From assembly GCA_049840955.1 (NCBI GenBank), contig JASGIX010000072.1, forward strand, positions 68,361 through 132,360: DNA of 64,000 bases, given 5' to 3'. A program made the translations under genes and the position numbers. Of the stretch, positions 56,478-64,000 are shown in pieces (positions within the stretch are counted from its first letter, which is position 1; the number at the start of each line of letters is the position of its first letter). A model generated the notes under the pieces. It was not told the DNA's origin. It saw nothing but the letters and a program-made list of their open reading frames with translations, and did not search any database. Source of the stretch: Polyangiaceae bacterium. Lineage in GTDB: Bacteria > Myxococcota_A > Polyangia > Polyangiales > Polyangiaceae.

Positions 56478-57152
56478 TTACTTCTGGACGACGAGATTCT
56501 GCGCAACGAGATTCTGAGCGACGAGATTCTGCGAGATTGCGTTCTGAAGGACCAAGTTCTGCGAAATCACGTTCTGCAGAACGACGTTCTGCAGGATGAT
56601 GCTCGTCGATCCGCCCTTGGCCGTCGATCCGCCCGTCGACGTCGATCCGCCCGTCGCGATGACGATGTTGTTGAGCACGATATTCTGGAGCACGATGAGA
56701 CCGCCAGCACCGGAAGTCTTCGAGCCACCGCTTCCACTGGTGCCGCCCTGCGCGGTTCCGCCCCCGGCTGCCGTCGCCCCCCCGCTCGTCGCTCCGGCTG
56801 TAGCCGAGTTGCCACCCGACGCGGCACTGCCACCCGCAGCAGAGCTTCCCCCGACGGCGGAAGTTGCGCCGCCTTCAGCAGAACCCCCACCGACGGCCGT
56901 CGTCGCGGACGTTTGGCCGCCCTGCGCATTCGAGGAAGAGCCACCGGCTCCCGCAGTGGAACTCGTGCCCCCCTTCGCGCTTCCGCCAGTGCTGCTGCCG
57001 CCGACGTGAGTCGAATCCCCGGCTGTGCCCGCTGTGGAGTCGTCCCCGGCGTTACCGCCGTCCCCCCCTTTTACGGTCGTCTCGCTACTGCACGCAGCGA
57101 ACGCAGCAGCAACGAGTACGCCCGCCCCAATCCAACGCCAGTGGTTCACCAT
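56478..57152 (-). CDS. Lipoprotein with a Gly/Ser/Thr/Ala-rich region and C-terminal pentad (x-Q-N-[LIV]-[VI]) repeats
   Basis: A GGGAG RBS lies 6 nt before the ATG at 57152. Signal: MVNHWRWIGAGVLVAAAFAAC (lipobox). The GGS/T-rich region is about 150 aa. The C-terminus reads LIVLQNIVLNNIVIA...IILQNVVLQNVISQNLVLQNAISQNLVAQNLVAQNLVVQK, encoded by diverged 15-bp units. Confidence 0.65.
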   Translation of the reverse strand: MVNHWRWIGAGVLVAAAFAACSSETTVKGGDGGNAGDDSTAGTAGDSTHVGGSSTGGSAKGGTSSTAGAGGSSSNAQGGQTSATTAVGGGSAEGGATSAVGGSSAAGGSAASGGNSATAGATSGGATAAGGGTAQGGTSGSGGSKTSGAGGLIVLQNIVLNNIVIATGGSTSTGGSTAKGGSTSIILQNVVLQNVISQNLVLQNAISQNLVAQNLVAQNLVVQK

Positions 57153-57587
57153 ATTGATCTCCCTTTCCTTGCTCACGATTTCGTTGCACGGGATCTCCTC
57201 TGCCGAGATCTCCCTCTGCTTCTGATCGGGACGCCTCCCGCGTCACGCTCGATGCAACGGACTAATTTAGGAGGCGGGACTTCTCCTTGGCGAGGCCTTT
57301 TTTCCGCAAAAACCGCAGCAATTTGCCCCCAACGAAGAGTACCGAGCAGATTTGAAGCTTGTTGCGGAACACGTCGGGGTTACACCAAATGCGGATCCGG
57401 AGCAGCAATCACGAACGGTCGGGCCCTTTCGATGTTCGGTGCGGAACGCATGCAGTAGATCGCAGTTCAAGGCCCTGAGGCAGCGAACCACGACGGGTCG
57501 ATCGAGATTGCGGTTTTGAACCCCCGATTGACGTAGAACCACAGAAGTAACCCCGAAGAACCGCGTCGAGCGAACCTTGGGAGCGAC

Positions 57588-57634
57588 GACAAAAGCGGCG
57601 CGACCGCCGCATCCTAGAAGAACGCGGCGGTCGC
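57588..57634 (-). terminator. Intrinsic terminator downstream of the Cys-rich repeat protein gene
   Basis: Perfect 11-bp stem GCGACCGCCGC (57600-57610) / GCGGCGGTCGC (57624-57634). On the minus strand it is followed by GCCGCTTTTGTCG. It lies 25 nt after the stop at 57659. Confidence 0.65.
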
Positions 57635-57658
57635 CGAGTGGCACCCGAATCGGAACGA

Positions 57659-60513
57659 TTACGGCATCGGAGCCGTGGCGCTCGTGCACTTCGAGGCGGA
57701 CCAGGTGGTTTCGACCAGACCGCGCCCCGTTGCACCGAGGCCATACTTGTTCTGACCACACAATCCGTCGACGTTCGTGTAGCAACTCGTCAGAGGCGTA
57801 CAGCCGTTCACGAAGAAGCAGCGGAGATAGGCCAAGCACGGCAGATTTTCGTTTGAGTTGGACGGATCACAGAATCGTTGTCCCACTTGCTAGCGTGTGG
57901 TCCGCGTCTGTAATCAGTTGCCCAGCACATTCGTTGGCGGCTTCGCACTTTTGCGTCGCCGTATTGCAGTTCAACGAGACGCAATCGAAGTCCGTGCTGC
58001 AAGCCGCTCCAACGGCGCATTGGTTGCAATAGATGTTCCTACTCGTATCGTTCACCTGACGGTAACAGCTCGTCGGTGGACTGATGCATTTGCCGGAACA
58101 CTCGCTGCAGTAGCCGCTTGCGCAGTCCGCGTCGACGGCACACTTCTTATCGACGGCGCACTTGGAGGTCGGGCAAATGACGCCGCAGTCCACGTCGGTT
58201 TCTGTCCCGTTCTGGATCCCGTCCGAGCAGGTCCTCACCGTGCACACCTTGTTCGTCGGATGACACCAACCGCTAGTGCAGTCGCTGTCCGCGAGGCAGG
58301 CTAGCCCCTCCGCGCAGGTCTTCCCGATGGCGTCACATGCGGTTCCACCGCAATCGAGGGCCGTCTCCGCGCCATTCTTCTGGCCATCGGAACAAGAGGG
58401 GGTCTGACACAGGTTGTTGTCGCAGACCTTGCTCGCGCAGTCCGAGCCTTGGGAGCAAACCTTGCCGTCGGCACAGCGTGAGCACTGTGCGTTCGAACCG
58501 CCACAGTCCTTATCGGTCTCGGCGCCATTTTTCAAATTGTCCGTGCAGGTGGCTGCTACGCAGATTCTGAGTCGAGCCGATGATGTCGCAGTTTCCGCTC
58601 GTGATGGGATCGCAATCGGAGTCGACCTTGCACGTCTTGTCGAGGGCGCAGGGTGTGCACTGGGGGCCACCGCAATCCACGTCCGTTTCCTGACCGGACT
58701 TAATCTTGTCCGTGCATCCCGGCGGCGTGCAGATCTTGTTCGTGCAGAGCGTATTGGCGATGGTCTGGGCGCAATCCGAGGTCACGCTGCAGCTTTGCCC
58801 CGCCGCGCACTTCGTCGTGCAAGAGCCGCCGCAGTCCGTGTCGGTTTCCGTGCCATTCTGCGCCTTGTCGGTACAGCTCGGCGGCAGACAGAAGCCAGAA
58901 GATCCGCAGATCTTCTCGGCACAGTCTTCGTTGTTGTTGCAGGTGGAGCCCACGGCACAATCGCAAGGCGGAGTCTTGCACTGTCCAGCGCAAGCGACGC
59001 CGCAGTCCTTGCCACCCTCCTGACCATTCTTCACCTCATCCGTACACGACGGTAGCGAGCAGGTGTGGTTGCTCCCGCAAACCTTGTCCGTACAGTCGCC
59101 GCCGACGAGGCACTTCTTGTTGGTCGCACAACCGCCGCAACTGCCGCCGCAATCCACGTCCGTTTCGTTCTGGTTCAGGCGGTTGTCCGTGCAGCTCTGT
59201 GCCTGACACAGGCCCGTCCCCGCGTTGCAGACATGGGACGTGCAGTCGTCGTCCACCTGGCAGCGCTTGCCGTTGGCACAGGTGAGCTTCGCAGCAACGC
59301 AGATGGCGCCACCGCAATCGACGTCGGTCTCCACGTCGTTCCGGACGGAATCCGTACAAGAGGGCGTCTGGCAAAGACCGCCGTTGCACTTTCCGCTCGC
59401 GCAATCGGCGTTGCGCAAACACTTCTGATCGATGGCGCACTTGGTCACGCAATCCCCGCCGCAATCGACATCGGATTCGAGACCGTTCACGGTCAAGTCG
59501 TTACACGATACGGAGGCGCAAACTTTCCCCACGCACCGGGCGCTAGCGCAATCCGAACCGCTCAAACACGCGGAACCGTCGTCGCAGGCTTTGCACGAGC
59601 CCCCACAATCCTTATCCGTTTCCGTGCCGTCCTTGGTGTTGTTGGAGCAAGACGGATCGACGCACACTCCGCCGCTGCAGGAGTTCGACACGCAGTCTGC
59701 GTTCGTCGCACAACCTTGATCGACGGCGCACTTCGTGGCGCAGGGTCCGCCGCAGTCTTTGCCGGTTTCGGTTCCGTTCTTCACGGAGTCGTTACAAGTC
59801 GGCGCGGCGCACGTGTCGTTGAGACAGACGCCGCTCTTGCAGTCCGTCATGTCACGGCACTTCTTGGCGTCCTCACAGCGATTCGGACAACTACCGCCGC
59901 AATCGACGTCACCTTCCGTGCCGTTCCGAACGCCGTCGGAACAGCTCGGCTCTGCGCATCTCCCGTCCTTGCAGTTCTGGCTCTCGCAGCCGAGATTCTC
60001 CGTGCAGACTTGGCCTGCAGTGCAGCGCTTACAGACACCGGCGGGATCCCCACAGTCCTTGTCCACCTCGCCTTGGTTCTTGACGCCATCCGAGCACGAG
60101 GCTGCGGTGCAAGTTCCACCGCTACACACGGTGCTCTCGCAGTCCTTGTTCGCTTCGCACTTCTCGCCGCCCTCACAGGGGTTGCAAGAACCGCCACAGT
60201 CTTGATCGGTTTCGTCGCCGTTCTTGGCCTTGTCCGTACAGTGTTCTGGCCAGCGAATCCCCTTCTTGGCGCCGGAGTCCTTGCGGCACATCAATCCGAC
60301 GTCACAGTCGTCGCTGTTGCCACAGGCCTTGCCTTGCGCACAACCCAGGCAATCTGCACCGCCGCAGTCGACGTCGGTTTCGCCGGCATCCTCGTCCAGT
60401 TTGGCGTTGGTGCAGGCGCCGGTCGCGCGCTTTTTGGTGTAGTCGTTCGCGCAGTTCGAAGCAGCGAACAGAGTCAAAGAACACAGTCCCGAGAACCAAA
60501 GACGCAGACGCAT
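57659..60513 (-). CDS. Secreted Cys-rich repeat protein (about 15 tandem modules of about 48 aa with 8 Cys each), with frameshifts as assembled near 58580 and probably near 57870
   Basis: Signal: MRLRLWFSGLCSLTLFAAS. Repeated module: C-x-D-x2-(K/Q)NG-x-E-(T/S)D-x-DCGG-x-C-x3-C-x5-6-C-x4-DC-x-S-x2-C-x4-5-C. Track ORFs 58510-60513, 57867-58670 and 57659-57886 are colinear. The terminator follows the last one. Confidence 0.7.
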
Positions 60514-60621
60514 GCCGTATACTATCCATTTTCCGTTCCGCGACTATGGACACGGCGCGCTGGGGCTTCTGGGCACGGCTCACCGTACGTGTGGCCGTTC
60601 CTCCGGGCCCGCATTCTTCCA

Positions 60622-62347
60622 TCATCGACGCTGACGGCGGGGCGCACGTTCGTTCGTCGGCGCAAGGGGCACCGCACATCCGAGTCGTGCACGAAGCGCA
60701 ATTGGGTCTGGCTGCCAGAGGAGGCGCACGACGTCGCAAGGGCCCCCGGCGTCCAGCACCCCGTGAACGGGTAGGTCCAGGTGGCCTACGTAATCGGCCC
60801 AAGCGTGCGCGAGAGACGAGTGGCCCGCCTTTCGCGCAGCGACGTCGAGCAAAGCAAGCTGGTCCTTGGCGCCGAGCCGCCGTGACGAACGTCGCTGCCC
60901 GAGCGCGTCGACCAGTGCCGCGAACCAACGACGACGTTCGTCCTTCGTTCGCGTGAGGTAGGCAAAGAACTTACTCGTGTGGTCTTCCGTCGCGGCGTCC
61001 CGTACGAAGAGACCGATGATGGAAGCGCTCGCCGTGCTCACCTCGGCGGTGCTCACCTCGGCCGTGCTCACCTCGGCCGTGCTCACTTCGCGCGCTGCAC
61101 CGCTCGAGAGCACACGGAAGATGGGCTCGAGCAGCAGGCCCCCGCATGCGCCAATGTCGCACAGTCTACTCTTTGCCCGAGTGCAGCCGCGAAGTACGCG
61201 CGTTCGAGACGCGCGCGCGTCCATCCATCGGTCCGGCTCGGCAAGAGCACCGCAGTCGCGCACCAGGAGTCATCGTCGAACGTGTCGGCGTCGAGCACCA
61301 CGACGGGCTCTGACGTGAGCGGTGTGTATCCGAGCTCTCGAAAAATCGAGCGAAGTTGCCCGAGTCGTCCCGCAAGGTCGTGCAAATCGGACGCGACGTC
61401 GGGAAATGCCTTCTCGTCGTAAACGACGCTCCAGTCGTCCACTCTCCGGATCGTCGACGTCTTGCCGAGACGCAGGGGAACGAGCGTCTCTCGGAGCCCC
61501 AGGAGGCGAATGGAGGAGTCATGTCCGAACAGATCGAACTGCTTGCGATGGGGACGATAGCGCCCGAGCAACGGAGCACTTTCCTCGGCAGTCCCCGTGT
61601 AGGTTGCTCGCAGTCCGACGCCCGGCGTCGATGGTTCGACTGATTCGACCAGAATGCCAGGCCCCGCCGGAGCGAGGAGCCGAGTCGCGGGAGCCCGCGG
61701 GCTTGCCACGGGGACAACGGCGATCCCGCGAGGAGCCGTTACCGCGGCACTCGGAACATCCAAATTCCAATGTGCATCGAGCTGAACCCGCTGGGGCACG
61801 TCGGATGGCGAGATCGTCAGGAGACGAGTGATGCCCGCCGACGCGTCGGACGTCTGCGCAGCAATGCGACGTTTGGACATCGCGAGATGCAAGGCGCCGA
61901 AGAGCCCAGAAGTCAGGAGAGCCGCCGTAAATGTCAACGTCAAAGCCAAGCGACTCGATGAGGGGAAGCGCTCGATTGAGGGCAACGACGACGCGTCGAT
62001 CGCAATCGCCGGAGGCTCACTGGGCTTTGCCTTGGGGACCTCGCCGGAGACGTCCGGCAGCAACTCGAGGGCGACGCGTCCAACCCGAAAGAGTTGACGA
62101 AAACCCACCTCGCACCTGGCACGTCGACGGGGACCAAGAAAGAGTCCGTTTTCGCTTCCCAAGTCCTCGACGACGAAAGCGTCGCCACGGCGCGTGATGC
62201 GCGCATGTAGCCGAGAGACACTCGGCTCCCGCAAGACGAAGATCCCGCAGTGGGACCGCTGCCGAGCGTTACCGAGCTCGCAACGAAGTGGAGCTCACTT
62301 CCGACCCTCGGCAACGACGCGGGGGAGAGCAAGTGGAGCCTCGGCAT
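60622..62347 (-). CDS. FHA-domain membrane protein, with frameshifts as assembled near 62230 and 61160. The part downstream of 61083 could instead be a separate gene.
   Basis: MPRLHLLSPASLPRVGSELHFVASSVTLGSGP, then after the shift REPSVSRLHARITRRGDAFVVEDLGSENGLFL (FHA core). TM helix: LALTLTFTAALLTSGLFGALHLA. The C-terminal region contains (EVSTA)x4. Confidence 0.6.
61034..61093. repeat. 15-bp tandem repeat x4 (GTGCTCACCTCGGCC)
   Basis: Read directly. It encodes (EVSTA)n in the minus-strand frame. Confidence 0.9.
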
Positions 62348-62467
62348 CGCGCGCAGCCTAACAGCAGCCGCAGAACCGGGTCACCTTTCTGGCTAACCCG
62401 GTCCACGTCGCTCCACCCGGCACTCAGAGCACGGTTCCGAATCGCTGAACCGTATTCGTCGTCAACG

Positions 62468-64000
62468 TCACGGCGTCGGAGAGGCTCGCCGCAGGGCGGC
62501 CTGCACATAGCCGCCTTTGAGGTTCTTCACATTCTTGAACCCATTTTCGCGCAAAATGCGAACTGCAGTGTGCCCGCGCACCCCCACTTGGCAGTAAATG
62601 ACGGTGGGCCGCGCCGGATCGAGCTCACCAATGCGATGGCGCAGGACGTCGAGGGGAATGTTCACCGCGTGGGGCAGACTTCCCCGTGCGAATTCCGCTG
62701 GGGTTCGGACGTCGAGCAGCAACTCACCGGGTTCGGGGGAATCGACCGCTGGTGTCAAACTGCGAAGCTGATTGTCCGCGACGAATGCGGAGAAGTGAAC
62801 CGGGTCTTTGGCACCCGAGAACTGCGGCGCGTAAGACAGATCGAGAGCGGCGAGATCGTGAATGGTGCCACCGAAGTGCATCACGGTGGCGATCACGTCG
62901 ATTCGCTTGTCGATCCCTTTCGGGCCCACCGCTTGAGCGCCGAGCACCTTGCCCGTCGACTTGTGATAGACGAGCATCAGGTGCATCGCCGTCGCGCCCG
63001 GGTAATACCCAGCGTGATCGTTCGGATGAACGATGGCCGTATCCACGACGTATCCCGCGTCCGCCGCGGCTTTCCGTCCCAAACCGGTGATCCCGACGTC
63101 GAGACCAAAGATGCGCACGATGGCCGTGCCCAGTACGGGAGGTGCCTCGGGAGATTGCCCTGTCGCGGCGTGCTGCCCCGCGATGCGACCGTGACGATTC
63201 GCGGCGCCAGCCAAGGGGATCCGCGCGGCGAAGTGGGTGACACCGTGGGTGACCTGTGCCGCGTCACCAACGGCGTAAATTGCCGGATCGCTCGTGCGCA
63301 GGAAGGAGTCGACCTCGATGGCCGAGGTCTTGCCGATGCTGATCCCGGCGAGCTCCGCAAGCTTCGTACTCGGCCGCACTCCCATCGACAAGAGCACGAG
63401 ATCGGTGTCGATGTCTTCGCCCGATTCCGTCCGAACCCCCGCGACACGCTGCCCTTGCACTCTCAACGATGCGAGCCCCGTGCCCATCTTGGCCACGACG
63501 CCGTGGCGCGCGAGTTCCGCTTCGATCCACCCCGACATCTCGTCGTCCAATGCCGGGAGCGCGTGAGGCGCCTTCTCGAGCACCGTCACCTTTAGCCCGA
63601 GCTCGGTCAGTGCCTCGACCATTTCGAGCCCGATGAATCCCGCGCCGATCACGACGGCTCGTTTGGGCTTCGCCGTATTCAGATAGGCCTTGAGCTTCAG
63701 GGTATCCTCGACGTTGCGCAGCACGAACACGTTCTCTCGATCGATACCGTCGAGTTTCGGCACGATGGGCGACGCGCCCGGCGCCAAGATGAGGCGGTCG
63801 TATTCGATGGTGAAGGGCTCTCCCGTCGCGAGGTTCGTCCCTTCGACCAGGTGTCGCTCACGATCGATCTTCGTAACCTCGTGATGGACGCGCGCATCGA
63901 TGCGAAACCGTTCTTTCACGCGCTCGGGCGTCGTGAGGTAGAGACTCTGCTCGTCTTCGATTCTTGCCGCTGATGAAATAGGGGAGTCCGCAGTTGGCGA
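62468..64000 (-). CDS. CoA-disulfide reductase/NADH-oxidase-family flavoprotein with a C-terminal rhodanese domain. It is 5'-partial at the window edge and frameshifted as assembled near 63930.
   Basis: RAVVIGAGFIGLEMVEAL (NAD site). IYAVGDAA. C-terminal rhodanese: LLLDVRTPAEFARGSLPHAVNIP...VIYCQVGVRGHTAV (active Cys). Upstream of 63919 another frame reads ANCGLPYFISG, the redox-active Cys region. Confidence 0.8.
   Translation of the reverse strand, partial: SPTADSPISSAARIEDEQSLYLTTPERVKERFRIDARVHHEVTKIDRERHLVEGTNLATGEPFTIEYDRLILAPGASPIVPKLDGIDRENVFVLRNVEDTLKLKAYLNTAKPKRAVVIGAGFIGLEMVEALTELGLKVTVLEKAPHALPALDDEMSGWIEAELARHGVVAKMGTGLASLRVQGQRVAGVRTESGEDIDTDLVLLSMGVRPSTKLAELAGISIGKTSAIEVDSFLRTSDPAIYAVGDAAQVTHGVTHFAARIPLAGAANRHGRIAGQHAATGQSPEAPPVLGTAIVRIFGLDVGITGLGRKAAADAGYVVDTAIVHPNDHAGYYPGATAMHLMLVYHKSTGKVLGAQAVGPKGIDKRIDVIATVMHFGGTIHDLAALDLSYAPQFSGAKDPVHFSAFVADNQLRSLTPAVDSPEPGELLLDVRTPAEFARGSLPHAVNIPLDVLRHRIGELDPARPTVIYCQVGVRGHTAVRILRENGFKNVKNLKGGYVQAALRRASPTP

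Noticed and set aside
59065-60774. 569-aa plus-strand ORF
   Set aside because: It is antisense to the Cys-rich repeat gene, has no recognisable motifs, and is Ala/Val/Arg/Thr-rich like other shadow frames.
1-64000. Search for tRNA, rRNA, tmRNA, transposase, integrase or phage genes that might delimit the low-GC island or the repeat clusters
   Set aside because: I could recognise no T-loop/acceptor-type tRNA signatures, rRNA segments, DDE or tyrosine-recombinase motifs by eye on either strand. A tRNAscan/Infernal and ISfinder run would be needed to exclude them formally.
62468-64000. CoA-disulfide reductase fused to rhodanese, considered as a novelty
   Set aside because: This two-domain architecture is already well known in the pyridine-nucleotide disulfide oxidoreductase family. 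Only the frameshift near 63930 is unusual, and that is covered by the general frameshift finding.

Overview
High-GC bacterial chromosomal segment. Hand counts of individual 60-nt lines give about 60-70% G+C over most of the window. The gene content looks like Myxococcota (Polyangiia-like): a Frz-like chemosensory operon with a CheR-TPR protein, FHA, GGDEF and hybrid-kinase signalling genes, lipoproteins with Gly/Ser/Thr linkers, and a large Cys-rich repeat protein. This taxonomic guess is inference only. I can support about 40 protein-coding genes. I recognise no rRNA, tRNA, CRISPR array, transposase or integrase. Main blocks: (1) HEAT/discoidin protein, SDR epimerase, membrane protein and MA-type metallopeptidase (1-5.7 kb). 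(2) Two Avd-like four-helix-bundle genes embedded in microsatellite arrays, next to a chorismate mutase (5.7-7.6 kb). (3) Two lipoproteins, one RTX-type, plus a GAF-GGDEF cyclase and a HAMP kinase (7.7-15 kb). (4) Two convergent modules, each pairing a TPR-GT41 (SPINDLY-like) glycosyltransferase with a methyltransferase, plus a NodB deacetylase (15.3-23.7 kb). (5) A divergent adenylate kinase paralog. (6) A chemosensory operon MCP-CheW-CheR(TPR)-CheW-CheA(REC)-CheB-dual-REC regulator (24.9-33.4 kb). (7) Housekeeping genes: MBL hydrolase, rlmN, HAD hydrolase, hisC, thrS, trmO. (8) A Cache-PAS hybrid kinase. (9) A GH10 lipoprotein followed by a lower-GC island of about 2-3 kb whose reading frames carry nonsense codons. 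(10) A CBM/TIM-barrel glycosidase, a discoidin-headed polytopic membrane protein, a pentad-repeat lipoprotein, a Cys-rich protein with about 15 repeats, an FHA protein and a CoA-disulfide-reductase/rhodanese gene. Two features run through the whole window. First, there are many short-unit tandem arrays (6, 14, 15, 16, 18, 20, 25, 30, 33 and 99 bp), mostly at gene ends or in intergenic DNA. Second, about twenty single-base frameshifts split otherwise conserved genes, several at short homopolymers. Because of this, gene boundaries, apparent fusions and pseudogene calls all need checking against raw reads.
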